NCBI RefSeq assembly: GCF_009914755.1
Contig: NC_060937.1
Reading direction: 5' to 3' (one strand)
DNA from: the human T2T-CHM13v2.0 reference genome, Homo sapiens
DNA: 64,000 nt
Positions 28,101-42,285 of the stretch are shown piece after piece (positions within the stretch are counted from its first letter, which is position 1; the number at the start of each line of letters is the position of its first letter). Below the pieces are notes generated by a model. The model was not told the DNA's origin and ran no database searches. It was given only the letters and a program-made list of their open reading frames with translations. The position numbers and the translations under genes are program-made.

Positions 28101-28696
28101 GTTTCTTAAGTTGGAAGGTGAAGTCAATAATTTGGAGCCCTTTCTTTTTCTAATACAGATGTTTAGTACTATACATTCAGCTAAGCACTGCTTCAGTAGT
28201 ATCTTACCTATCCTGACATGATGAATTTTTATTTTCATTCCTTTCAAATATTTTAATATTTCCATTTTGGTTTGTTATTTGACACATGGATTATTTTTAA
28301 GTATGTTATTTAATACCCAAATAATTCTGGAATGTCCATATATCTTTCTGTTATTTATTTCTTATTTAATTTTACTTTCACCAGAGAACATACCTTATAT
28401 GATACGAATCGTGTTAAATAAATTAAGACTTGTTTTATTATCCGTAATATGGTCTATTTTGGTAAATGTTACATGTGAACTTGAGAATAATGTCAATTCT
28501 TATATTGTTACAAAGAGTATTCTAGGTGTCAAGTAGATTAATTTGATTCTAGGTGTCAAGTAGATTAAGTCTTCTATATTTTTACTTTCTATTTCTTTTA
28601 TCAGTTAATAAGGCTGAATGTTTAAATATCAGCACATACTTGAAGAATTGTCTGGTTCTTTTTCTCAGTTCTATCAGCTTTTACTTAATGTATTTC

Positions 28697-31560
28697 TATT
28701 TCTTTATTGTGGTAGAAAACACACGAAATTTACCATCTTAACCATTTTCCAAGTGTACAGTTAAGTGGTAAGTATATTCTCATTGTAGTGAGACACTTCT
28801 CCATACATTTTCATCTTGCAAATTTCAGTTTATACCTATTAGGCAGCTCCTCTTTCTACTCTCCCTGCAGCCTCTGGTAACCACCATTCCACGTTCTGTT
28901 TCTATGACTTGGACTTTTTTAATATTATCTACATTGGAACATACAGTATTTGTCATCTTGTGACTAGCATATTTCACTTTACCTAATGTCCCCCTGCTTT
29001 CTCAATGTCGTAGCAAAGGATTTTTGTCCTTTTAAAGGCTGAATGATGTTCTGCTGTACGTATCCATCACAGACATTGTGGTTATTACACCTCTTGGCTA
29101 TTTCAAGTAGTGCTGCTAAGAACATGGATGTAAAAATATCTCTTCAGGTCCCTGTTCTCAGTTATTTTGGATAAGTACCCAAAGATGGGATTTCTGGATC
29201 CTATGCTAGTTCTCTTTTTAATTATTTAAGGAAACTCCATGCTGATTTTCATAATGATTGCATCATTGCAAAATTCCACCAGGAGTGCAAGAGAATTCCA
29301 ATTTCTCCTCATCCTTATCAAGATTCATTTTCCGTGATTTTTGTTGTGGTTGGTTGTTTGTTTTGTTGTTGATTTTGTTTTACATGGTAGCCATCGTAAT
29401 GGGCATGTGGTTACATCTTGTTGATATCTTGTTGATTTACCTTTCTCAGTGATTAGTGATATTGAATAGTTTTTATATGTTTTCTAGCTATTAATATATC
29501 ATCTTTGTAGAAATGTCTATTCAAGTTCTTTGGCAATTTGTAATTTTTTTATTATTTTCTGTTGCTGCATTGCATTTCTTTATATATTCTGGACATTAAC
29601 TTTTCATTAAATATATGACTTTCAAATATTTTCCCCCATTCTATAGATTGTCTTTTCTCTCTTTTTATTGGGTCCTTTAATTACAAAAGCTTTCAGTTTG
29701 ATGTCATCCCATTTGTTTATTTTTAATTTTTGTCTTATGTACTTTAGTGTCATAACCAAGAAATTGTTGCCAAGTCCAATGTCATGAAGCTTTTCCCTTA
29801 TATTTTCATTGAGAAATTTTATAGTTTTAGGTCTTATACTTAGGCATTTAATCCACTTTGAGCTTATTTCAGTATATGGTGAAAGATAAAGGTCCAACTT
29901 CACTCTTTTGCATGCGATTATCTACTTTTCCAACATCACTTGTTGAAGAGACTACCCTTTCCACACTCAGTAGTCTTGACAATCTTATCAAATATAATTT
30001 AATCATATAAGTGAAGGTATATTCCCACGCTCGTAACAGGCATTGAAATTAGGAGGTGTGATTCTTTTGAATTCCTTCATTTTCAAAATTGTTTGGCTAT
30101 TCAGGGTCCCTGACATTCCATATGAATTTCTGGATGCGTTTTTCTATTTCTGCAAGGAAAAAAAAGTCACTGAGATTTCTATTTCTATAGGGATTGCATT
30201 GAGCTCATAAATTTCTTTAGGTGATGTGGACATCTTACCAATATTATTAAGTCTTCGAATTCATGAACATAGAATGTCTTTCCATTTATTTGTACCTTTG
30301 TCATTATATTTCAGAACTGCTTTGTAGTTTTCACTGTATAGTCTTTCACCTCCATGGGTAGATTTATTTCTATGGTTTTTATTCTTTTTGATGCTATCAT
30401 AAATGTAACTCTTCTCTTAATTTCTCTTGTAGAATGTTCATTGTGATTGTAAAGAAACACAACTAATTTTTGTTTGTTAATTTTTGTATCCTGCAGCTAT
30501 GTTTAATTCACTTATTAGTTCTAACAGGTTTGTATGTGTGTGTAAAACTTTTATGAGTTTCTATGTTTAAGATCATGATATCTGTGAACTAAGATACTGT
30601 TCTTTATTTCTTTCTAATTTAGGTTCCCTTTATTTCTTTATCTTGCTTAATTGCTCTAGCTAGGACTTCTAATATTATGTTGAATGGAAGTGGCAAGAGC
30701 AGTATCCTTATCTTATTTCTGGTCGCAAAGAAAAATATTTTAGAATTTTACCACTGAGAATGATTTTTAACTGTGGGCTTTTCCTAAACGGTTTCTGGAA
30801 TATTATTAATTTCTTTCCTCGAACCGTGTTTTCCTGTGTTTTTTTTGTTAATTTTTTTAAAATTTAAATTTGTAGGTTCCAAGTAGGTGTATATATTTAT
30901 GGGATATGTTTCCTGTTTTTACGTATGCTGTGTAATTATTTGCTGGGATTTGGACATTTGAAAAAAACAAACAAACAAACAAAAAAACTGCTCTTTAGTC
31001 TTTGCACACTGATTTCATTCAAGGAAAGACCTGCTCCCTAAGCCTGGATGGAGGTCTAGGACTTCTCAAATCTTTTCTGATCTTTTGCACCCCCATTCCC
31101 CAATGTCTGGCAGCAAAACGGAAGCTCCAACCTACTGCTTGCCTATTTTCAAGAATTTCTAAATTCTGCCACCCATCCCATCAATGCTCCAATTCAAGCT
31201 AGATAGAAATGAAGTCCTCAAGCCGTTCTAGACAAGCCAGAATGTTGGATATATGAAACATTCATTTGTTTAGTCCCTGACAGAGAAATGCCAGTGTGAG
31301 AGGATGTATCCTAGTTGTAACATGCTATGCTGTGGGAGGGAAGGGACATAAACAGGTGTGTCAAACATCACATTATTTTCTACTTTTTTTACTGGAATCT
31401 TCTCTGGATTTTACAATGGCCTGGATTTTGTAGCTTGTCAATTGCTCTCTAGAGTTCTCACAGAGGTATTCTAGTCCACATATTGCTGCTAACTCAGTGT
31501 CATTTTGGGGGGAAAAGGACCTGTAGCTTCTTAGTCTGTCATCATGCTGATGTCATTCAC
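28697..31560 (-). mobile_element. L1MB-like element, internally deleted, nested in the host L1M
   Basis: 3' end tttattgtggtagaaaacac..aaatttaccatcttaaccatt; ORF 29622-29903 is ORF2p (KLDLYLSPYT..SKWIK..RPKTIK); 5'-end-like motif at 31535-31560; TSD tacttaa(t/a)gtatt at 28682-28694 and 31561-31573. Confidence 0.8.
30838..30908 (-). mobile_element. Very short L1MA/PB-like 3' stub nested in the L1MB-like element
   Basis: tttgtaggttccaagtaggtgtatatatttatgggatatg preceded by a T-rich tail; flanked by tttcctgt repeats. Confidence 0.55.
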
Positions 31561-31810
31561 TACTTAAAGTATTCTGAAGCTCTGTTAGGTGCGTAAGAAT
31601 TTTAAATCTTATGTCCTTTTGATGAATTCAGTCTTTTTATCATTATGAAACCAACTTTTAATAGGTGATCATATTCTTTCCTCTGAAATCTGCTGTTTTT
31701 TAATTAATAAGCCAATCCAGATTTATTTTGATTAATGTTAACGTAAATTTGGTATATTTTCCACGTCTTTATTTTTATTACTCATATATATACACACATA
31801 CAAATATAAA

Positions 31811-32298
31811 TCCAGCTCCTTCCATGTTGCTGCGAGTGATGGAATTTTATTCTTTTTTTATATCTAGAGGTTATTATGTTGAGTCAAATAAACCAGGCAC
31901 AGATAGACAAATATTACATGCTCTCACTCATATGTGGGAGCTAAAAAACGCGGATCTGACGGAGGTAGAGACTAGAATGGTAGTTATCAGAAGCTATTAA
32001 TAGAAAGGGAAGTGAGGAAAAGGAATAAAAAGAAGTTGCTTTGTACAAAATTACAGTTAGATAAAAATAAATGTTAGTATTTGATAGTACAGTAGAAAAA
32101 TTATAGTTAAAAATAATTTATTGTATATTTCAAAATAGCTAGAAGAGAAAAATTGTAATGCTGTCAACATAGAACAAATATAAATATGTGAAGTGATAGA
32201 TACTGATTATCCTGATTTGATCATTACACATTGTATACATATATCAGAATATACCAGGTACCCCCAAATATGTACAACTACGATATATTGATTAAAAA
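31811..32298 (+). mobile_element. L1MA-like 3' end with short 5' inversion
   Basis: Forward part gaggttattatgttgagtcaaataaaccaggcacag...attaaaaa; inverted part 31811-31863; imperfect TSD aaatataaa/aaatgtaaa. Confidence 0.8.
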
Positions 32299-33861
32299 TG
32301 TAAAAGGGCATATCTTGTAAACAGGTGTATTTGGATTTGCTTTTTTAAAATTCAGTATTATAATCTTTTCCTTTTGATTGGAGACTTTTCTTTAGACTAG
32401 TTGCATGTGGTGGCACTATTCACGTGCTTCTGTTTAGCTCTGTTACCTGACTCTGGTTTCTTTGTCTCATGTGTGTTCCTTTTTTCAGCTTTGCCTCCTT
32501 TTTTGCTTTCTTGTAGATTAGTTGTAAAACACTAGCAATATTAGTTGTAAAACTAATCTTCAAAAAAGCAAAAAAAGAGGAAAAGGTGAAAAAAGACACT
32601 TTTATAATTTTTTTGCATTTTTTGGTTTAATAAATATAACACTTTGTTATATGATTTCAATTGGTTGCTTTAGAGTTTATAATACACATCTTTAACTTAT
32701 AACAGCCTAATTTCAAGTAATATTATGTTAACTATAATATTAAAACTTATAATAGTGGAATTCCTTTCCTCTCCTCCAAAACTTTGTGCTGATCTCATTG
32801 TATTTATCATTTCTGGTGTTCTCAATATGTTTGTGTAGATCCAGGTTTCCAGTGATTTCATTTTTCTTCTACCTGAACGAATTCTTCTAATACTTCTGGC
32901 AGGGTGGGTCTGCTGGCGATAAACTCTATCAGGTTAGGGGTTTTGTATCTCTGAAGAAGTCTTTATTTCACTTCCATTTTTGAAAGACACATATTGCAGG
33001 ATATGGAATTCTCATCTGACAGGTGTTTTTCTTTCAGTACACTAAAGAGGTCTCTTTTCACTTGCATTGATTCTAATGATAAATCTACTGTCTATCATTC
33101 TTATTTTTCACTCCTTTTTTATGTAATATGTCTCTCTTCTCTGGTTTCATTTAAGATTTTCTCTTCATTATATTTTTAGCAAATTGATTATAGTGTATCG
33201 TTTTTTATGTTTGAGGTTCTTGACTTCTTGAGTCTGCAGGTTTATAGCTTTTGTCCAGTTTGGAAAATGTTTGACCATTATTTCTTTCAAGTTATTTTCC
33301 TGCGCCCCCATTTTTCACCTTCTTTAGGAGCTCCAGTGGTATACAAATAAGACCACTTGAAGATTATTTACAATTCATTGATTTTTTCACTTTTTAAATT
33401 ATTTTTCTCTTAGTTTTATTTTGAATTGTTTCTATTGCTTTGTCTTCAAGTTCACTTCTTTTTTTTTTTTTTTTTTGTCTGCAGTGGCTAATTTTCTATT
33501 ACTCCCATCCTGTAAATTTCTCATCAGAATCAGTGTTGTTTTTATTTCTAGAAGTTGATTTAGATCATTTTTACACCTTACATATCTCTATCTAATTTGA
33601 TAAAACACAGAATGTTGTCATAATGAGTGTTTTAGGCTCTCAACCACAAATTCTAGCACCTTTGTTAGTTTGGGTTTAAGGTGATAGATTTTATTATTGG
33701 TTTATTATTATTTATCTGCTTTTCTGCATGCCTGGTAAGGTTTATTTTTAGATGTCACAAATTGTAAAATTTTCCTAAAGCGAGTGTTGGTTATTTTGTA
33801 TATTTTGTATTCTTATAAATGTTTTTTACTTTTATTCTTGCATTCATATGTTAGTTGCTAA

Positions 33862-34266
<405 letters not shown>

Positions 34267-34795
34267 TGAATTGTGAGGTTTCCCAGTCTAGCTGTTGACA
34301 CTAAGCACTGTTTTTTTCTCTTTGTGACTGCAGAACACCTTACTCTAATTATTTTTAGATTTGTTTTTATTATTTTGATAGTTTTCTCATGCAAATGCTG
34401 ATTAGTACACAACTGAATATCAAGGAGAGCTCTGGAAAATAACAACAGTTCTGTCTCTGGAGTTCTCCTTTCTGTAGAACATTGTCCTGAAATTTCTAGC
34501 TACATTGGTCATATTCTCCTCATCTCAACGGTTTCACTGAAAACTACCTGTGCTCCTCCTGCACATGATACAACCTAGAAAGTCTTATTGTTTAAACCAG
34601 GGAAATTGCAGCACTCATGTTTATTTGTGACCTCTCAAGGACCACTGCTTGTTTCCTGATGTAAAAAATCTTCTAAAGTGTATTTCAAAGCATTGCTTTA
34701 TATATTTTATCAATTTTCTTATGTTTTTCAAGTTATAGAGAAAGTTTCTGCTTTTTAATTTATCTTGTACTGACATGCTTTGCAAATCTATTTAC

Positions 34796-35073
34796 TTTTT
34801 TTTTTTTTTTTTTGAGATGGTGTCTCACTGTCACTCAGGCTGAAGTACAGTGTCATTATCATAACTCACTGTAACCTAAGACTCTTGGGCTCAAGCCATC
34901 CTCCTATCTCGGTTTCCTGAGTAGCTATGAGGCCTGACTAATTTTTTATAATTACTTTTTGTAGAGGTAGGGTCTCACTAGGTTGCCTAGGCTGGTCTCA
35001 AACTCCTAGCCTCCAGGAATTTTCCTGCCTTGCCCTCCCAAATTGTTGAGATTACAGTCATGAGCTCAGCTCC
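34796..35073 (-). mobile_element. AluJ, antisense, diverged
   Basis: ctcttgggctcaagccatcctcc and tagggtctcactaggttgcctaggctgg, J-type diagnostics. Confidence 0.9.
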
Positions 35074-36272
35074 CAAAAGCTTTCTTATATGCCTGTTGTT
35101 GTTGTTTCCTTCCTGATTAAATGGTCTATTATATAGATAATACTGTGTCTGCAGCTATGATTTTTTTCAATTGTTTAATTATTTAACTAATCTCTTGATT
35201 AGGTAATCAATCTGCATCCCATTTTGGATGAGAATATTTGCAACTTTGAAGGTTATTTTAAGGACAGCAGCAGAATTATGGCAGGTATCTGAAATTCATT
35301 TCTGTGCTTTGCCGAGGACCCATGGGATGCCATTTGCAGATGAGAAAACTAAAGAATAGCTTTATCTTCCAGCTCTTCATGGAAAAAAAAATGGCAACAA
35401 TAAAATCAGCAACTCCTGCCAAATAAATGGGCATAAAAAAGAAATCATAGACTGCTGGCAATGGTGGGGAAAAAGTTATAAAAATTGTCTCTGCACCATC
35501 TTCCTTTTGTCCTCTAAAATATTCACATTAGCAAAAGTATATAACAGCTGATGAAGAAATACTGATAATTTGTCTTTGTAAGTATATCGAAAACATTTCA
35601 AGATCTAGAAATTTGAAATTGTTGACAAGTATTTATCTGTTTATTCACAAATTTGAAATCAACCTCAGGAATGCTCATTCTGATTGATATACTTAGGTCA
35701 TAAATTTTTAAGACCACAGATTTCCAGGGACTTTTTGGAAAATCACCCAGTAAAACAATGTCTTTTTGCAGGGGACTAGCTTCAGTATTTTGGCTTCTTT
35801 TTGCTTCTTTGCAACAAATTGGGAGACAAAGGTGGGAAAGTTTTTTTCAATAAGTTAATAATTTTTTAAAGGTCAAAATTTTGTTCTTTGCTTATATTAG
35901 AATTAAACACTGTGAGATTCTCTCTGAGACCTTGTATACTTTCTCTTTTAAAGATAATTTCACTGCATGTAATTTTTCTGGGAATGACTCTCAGAGTTGT
36001 TGTCTGAAAATACCTTGATGTTTGGATATTGGTTTGTTTGGATGAACAACAAAAGGAATCAGTAAGAGAAGTTATTATAAGAAATATAAAGCTATTATTA
36101 ACATTTCAATGAAACCAAGTAGTCTGAAAATTTTCACAGATGACTGTAATAGTTAGTGGGATGACCTCACTGTTTTGCATTAGGAAATGTTATGTAGCCT
36201 TTAATTTATTGAATATAACTATTGCCTTAATTTTAATGAACAATTATAAATACGTGAATGAAAAAGGAACAA

Positions 36273-36361
36273 TTCTATATATAACAATTCTAGTTATTAT
36301 TGCTCCATATAACAATTCTAGTTATTATTGCTTATTCTATATAACAATTCTAGTTATTATT
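36273..36361. repeat. About 28-32 bp minisatellite, 3 copies
   Basis: atataacaattctagttattatt repeated three times. Confidence 0.92.
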
Positions 36362-37690
36362 TCATATGGTCTAACATGAAAGTCAACAGCATAGACACAA
36401 GACAGAAAGCCCATGTTTACAAACCAAATACATTAAAAAGATTGTCGTTACATATCAGCAGAAGAAAAATGCCCAATGGCAGATGAAGAGAAATGCTAAT
36501 GAGATTCCATGAGCTAAAACCACCATGACAAATGTAAATGAATAGTACTAAGTGATCCACATGTTTATTTCACCAATTCTATTTGCGAGAGAATAAGTAG
36601 AAAAGTAACATCCAATTGCTGTCTTCCACAAGAATAAAGAGGCTTGACGCTTATTCCCAACCTTATTCAACAGAATGTTATCGTTCAAAGCCATTATGCA
36701 AACTGCCCTTTTTCACAGTTCTCAGGCCACCGTTATACAATTGCACCTAAAGCAATTGTCAGGCACTTGCTTGTACAAAGTTCAAACTCCACTAGTACAA
36801 TAAGCAAAAGCTCTGCATGTGTATTTCATTTGCTTCACAAGTGGCATCAAGGAACAAACACATGGCTTATCTAGGCTGGACGGTTGGGGGGAATGACAAT
36901 TTGATCTTGGTTCGAGGTTGCATTTACTTAGGTTTACTACTGAACTACAACTAGAAGAATCAAAGGATATATGCCAGGGGAGCACAAAGAACAGACATTG
37001 CATCCTAGTTCACTTCCTGCTGGAAGAGAGCCTGAGGCTCCCAGTCAAGCACCCTGCAGGGAGAGAAGAATGTATTAAGTTAGGATCAGAGCTGCACACC
37101 TATGTGACTTCTATATATCAGCTCTAAGTTTCCAGCTGCACCACATACACAAACACTTGACTTTCCAGTTATATACTTCATTTGTCTGTAAAGAAATACT
37201 GAATAAATGTTCAATTTTTTCTACAAGCCCAGACCAGAACAGGTGTTCAGTTTCTGATTACAAGTTGTAATTCCACAAAGAAGTTCAAATATATGAAGAG
37301 GAAGTCAGCTAGCATTCCGTGTAATATCTTCATTAAAACTCATCACAGTTTAGCTCCTATGATAGTCTTCCTGCAACATCTTGCATTGAAACATAGTATT
37401 GTTAAAGAAACAGAATGCTTAACTTACTATGACTTAATACAGCTCAGCATTCTGTTTTCATCTTATTTGCTTCAATTTGTTCTTTTTCCTACTTAAACAA
37501 CTAAAATTGAATGATTATACTCTTTTTGAGGATTAAGTAGCTAAACTTACATTCTGGACTTCAAGATTCATTGTATTGTACAGTAGACTTAAAATTATGT
37601 AATTAAATAACTGTTTTGATTTGCTTGGTTTTTAGCACTTAAATCTTTAATGTGTATGTGTAGTAGGATGCGCATACATGTGTGAACATT

Positions 37691-37713
37691 TGTGTGTGTG
37701 TGTGTGTGTGTGT
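37691..37713. repeat. (TG)n microsatellite
   Basis: Directly visible. Confidence 0.95.
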
Positions 37714-38559
37714 TGAGTTGGAAAGTAGTAAATATCTCTTTTTGCTGAAAGTGTGCTGTAAACACATTATTCCAATTACATTTGGTTCTAGTTACTTGGT
37801 CTCTAGCTAAGTATGGTTCCCTATTTAAGAAAGATGCAAATCAAGTTAATTGTGATCGCTCTTATGCTCCATAAACAATCTGAGTGTTTGGAAGCATTGG
37901 AGGCACAGCCTTGACAGGCTACCACTGAAGATTAGCCAACATAAACATTGTGCGTGCAGAAAGTCCCATCAGGAGGACAAAGGAAGCAGGAAAGACCGCA
38001 GAACTCTTGTTTCACACACTGCCTCTCACTGGATTGTTGTTGAGCAAGATACTTTCATGTTGGCCAGATACCAATGGGGTAGAAAAACAGAATTGTAATA
38101 TAATATATTTTATCAAAAAAAAAAACCATGTAGAATGTTTTTCATGTTTTTGCATGCAACATAACTTCCTAACTGCAAGATTTTTTTTCGAAAAGAATTT
38201 CACATTAATTAACAAGGCAGCAGTCTCTATGGGGTCATAGTTGGCAAAACCAAATCACAACCAAATCACAACCTCCAGCCACTCCTAGTTCCTACTCCCA
38301 ACTCCGGACCATGGGACTGTGTGACGACATGACAGAGGAGTCATTAATCACAAGCTGGCATGGCAAGATTCATAACAAATGCTTGGACAATCACATTTCA
38401 TTTCTCAGGAACTTGGACTGGGGGCTGTAGAGGAAATGGAGCACTCGGCAATGGAAGGAAGATGGATGTCTCCTTCCATGGTGGGGCTGCTTCTATTTCA
38501 CAGCCTTCTACTAAACCTAGAGAGAAGGTGCATGATTCCTTACTTCTCATTCCCGCTTC

Positions 38560-40260
38560 TGACACTGTCCCTTCTATGAAAACCCTGCTGTGAATATCAC
38601 ACACATCTTCCTCCTGCTCCCTGTTGCTGTCATTTACCAGCTATCAGATCCCATTCTCTGTTGCTATTATTCTTAGTAATTTGAATTCTTGCGTAGGTGA
38701 TCCATTCAACAACTGGACCTCTGAGTTCCTGGAAATCCTCTCCTTTCATAAACTTGTCCTCACTCAACTCAGCCACAGCTCCCATGGTCATTTCCTAGTT
38801 GTGGTCATGACCAAGGCTCAAGTATCCTTGTCTCCAAACACCATCTTCCTAGTTCACTCCCTCTAGAACCCTTTGACCTTACAGGAACCCACAGCCCTTT
38901 AATCCTACCATACCTTTATTCTCTCTTTTGCCAATTCACTTTTCCCTTCATGCAGAATAATTTCCATGGCCCCTAAGCACAGTTACTACCTGGTGTACAC
39001 CCTAAATGTTTATCCTCCCCTCGCTTCATCATGGTTGCTTAGAAAAAACCACATTACTGGCTGAGTATAAGCAACTTTCTGTCTCTTCCATACCTACATT
39101 TGTACAACCTTTTATGGAACTAATCATGGCTGGAGAAATATACACATCCATGCTGGCAGGTCCCACTTTAAGTTCATGATCACTAACCCCAAAAGGGCTC
39201 TTAATACTGCCTGGCAACTATACCCATAATATATTCCCTGTTCACTCTCCTCTTTTACATTTCTCTTTCACACCTTTCCTCTCCTCAAACTTCCAACACC
39301 TCCTCCTCCATTCTCACACCAAACTGGTTTCTTGATTTTTGATTCAGATAGAAAATAGAAGTCAGAAAATTCCTACAGGCTCCCTCAACGGACTGAATAT
39401 GGGTCTGTGCATTCTGCCTTCTCTTCTTTTGCTGTGGGTGGCTCGGCCAGGCCATGCTCCTCTCTGGGGCCCAGCCCGCAAAGCGCATTAGACTCTGTCT
39501 TATTCAACCACTTATTAACATCATTCAATTAAGTTTCCCATTTTCCTCTGCATTAACACATTTTTCTTCACTAATAAGTCATTCCCTTCAGTTTATAAAC
39601 ACGCTCTTGTTTCTTTCATCTTAAAAAAAAAAATGTTAACCCATATCCTTCTCCAGCTCATGTCCTCCCCTATTCTCAAACAGAAGAATGCCCCAGAAAT
39701 AGTTATTTGTACTTGTTTTTTTCCCTGCAACTCTTCTCTTAGATTTATCCTAATAAAATTCACCTCTACTCTGTGATCAAATCTATTGCTATGAAAGCAC
39801 TCAACAACCTCTACATTTCTAAAACCTAAAATCAAAATCCACATCCATGTCTCATCTTTCTGTGCTGTAGAAGTGTTGTACATAGATGCAAGTTTTTATG
39901 GAAAATGAATGGTCTGGAGGTAGCAATGAGGAAGAAGAAGAATAGAACACCGACCCAATTTCTTTCTCCTTCCAATACATTTTTCACTTGCTTCTCAAGA
40001 CGCCAGCTTTCCTTGATTGTCCTCACACTTTCTGGCTGATCTTTCTCCGTTTCTTTCCCTCTTTTTGTCTTTATCTTTATAACATGGGGCCACCAAAGGC
40101 TCTGTTCTTGAGCCTCTTCGTGTTTCTGCCTGCACTCACTCTTATGCTAATTCCATTCGGTCTTGTAGCTTTTAATGACTTTCCTATTTACATTCTGAAA
40201 TTTATGTTTCCATCCCCACCTGTTCTCTTGAATTTCAGACTCATATGTTATGTATCAATA
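38560..40260 (+). mobile_element. Long degraded L2 segment (ORF2-derived)
   Basis: C/T-rich L2 motifs: cccatggtcatttcctagttgtggtcatgacc, aacaacctctacatttctaaaacc, caaaggctctgttcttgagcctcttc. Confidence 0.7.
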
Positions 40261-41129
40261 TTCCATTTACTCAAAGATTTATTCTCAAGGCTAGCTAGTT
40301 CTTCAGTCAGATCCTCAGATTTTGAGATTTCACCTCTTCTTTCACCTCTGTAGTTTGGCATTTGTGTGTGTGTCTTGTACATCACAACGGTAACAGGTTT
40401 GATTAGATCTGTATAATGACCTCAGGTTTCTGCTAAAGCGTAACTGGTCTATTCTGCCTTGGACAAGTGATCTCTAGTATGTGTTTGGAATGATAGAAAA
40501 AGGGCATTGAGGGTGAGTGTGGTATTCCTGTGGTATAAGCACATTTTTTTTTCTCCTTTTACCTCTGTTGTTTTAAAACAGATTTCTGATGGTTCTATCA
40601 TTTTTTTAATTCACTGGTGACAACACACCCTGTTATCAACTATTTTACTACTGCTATCACCCAGTTAAAATAGATACTGACAATAGCTTCTTCCCTATCA
40701 AGAGTCACAGGTATTGTGCATAGGGCCATTCAGAGTGGACAGTCCAGGAAAGGGGAGAGACCAGCTGAGAAGGCTCCACACTGGCCTCTACAACTCGCCC
40801 TAGATGCCTCTTCTGCGATGCTTCAAGGCCTTCAGCATTTCTCACTCCCTGTCCTTCCCTTGTTCGTAGTGCCAACACCTTTGCCAGTGGCCCCTTCCCA
40901 CACTAATCTCTCCCATGGCTATATTCACAGCTGCTTTGACCCTTCTCCCTCTAGTAGATGAGCTTGACCAAACACCACCCTGGCTAGACCAGAGCAGGTA
41001 GATATGGCTATAAGAAAATACCCAATCATTCTGACAAATTACCTTTGAGATTTCTGGTTGGAAAAATAGAAGTGCACCTTTGGCTTTGTCCAGCAATCTT
41101 ACCTTTAATTTGGTCTTTCACTCACTAAC

Positions 41130-41791
41130 AAACAATAAATTTCTCAACTTTGTCTGTCTTCTCCAGTCCCATCTTTTCTTTCTCTCACTCTCAGCTGATG
41201 GCTTAGCTTCTTATTTCACTGAGAAAGTGGAAACATTCAGGAGAAATCCAGCCTTCCATCAGGGCTGCCAAGCTCCTGTGTCTGAACCTGTCTTCCTATC
41301 CAATACTGTATGAGAAATGGCTTTCATCTTCTTGTGCCTGTTCAAGGCCTTTGCATTTGACATTTTCACTTACTCTATTAATGCATCAAGTATTATTTCT
41401 CTTTGGTATCGTTTTTATATCCTCATAAATATGTTGTAATACCTTTCATCGTAAGAATTACAACATCAACAAAACCTTCCCTGATTATAAACCCTCTCCT
41501 ACAATTTCACAACACATTTTAAAAGAGTTGTCTATACCTGTTGTATCCACTTCAGTCTGCTCCTTCATGGTGGTAACACCTGCATTTGCCTCTATTGAAA
41601 CATATCAGCCCCAGAACAACACGCAGCTCATTCTATCACTACTCTATCCAGCTCTCTGCTCAAATGCTATTTTTTTTAAGAGGAAAGTCTTTAGTTGGCT
41701 TTTTAATTAGAGGGTTACCCTCCCTCAGGGAACTCTCTATCTATCTATCTTGTTTTATTTTTCTTCTGATGACTTTCTACTTCCTAAAATC

Positions 41792-41830
<39 letters not shown>

Positions 41831-41980
41831 AAATCACATTACATGCTGGCTATTACCTATCTCCCAGTAGAACAAAAACATCCTGAGGGCCAGTGACCTT
41901 ATCATGTCCAAGCTTAGCTTCTTAGATGTGCCTGTCAGAATTGTCCCTCAATGAATATGTTAAGTGAATGAATGAATCAG
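41130..41980 (+). mobile_element. L2 fragments ending in a (GAAT)n 3' terminus
   Basis: ctcactctcagctgatggcttagcttcttatttcactgagaaa...ctcaatgaatatgttaagtgaatgaatgaatc; contains (CA)n at about 41790-41830. Confidence 0.65.
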
Positions 41981-42159
41981 TAATCATGTTTACTTATTTG
42001 ATATACTGGGAATATAACAACGATGTCATTTAAAATAAAATTAGGATGTTGGCAGCCAAAATTTGGAAAAATTTATACCACTTAGTCAATCTCATTTCCA
42101 CTTTCTTTACACTAATATCCTTTGGTCTTAGGCACCAGGAGTTCCAGTTTTTTGGCTTT

Positions 42160-42285
42160 AATTCTATATAAAATTTAGCCCTATATAATCAAGTTCATTA
42201 CAAGAAAAAGCTGAACTGAAAATTCTATCTAAAACTTAGCCATATATAATCAAGTTCATTATAGGAAAAAGAAAGCTGAACTGAA
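42160..42285. repeat. About 61-bp tandem duplication (2 copies)
   Basis: aattctat(a/c)taaaa(t/c)ttagcc(c/a)tatataatcaagttcatta...gctgaactgaa occurs twice. Confidence 0.92.
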
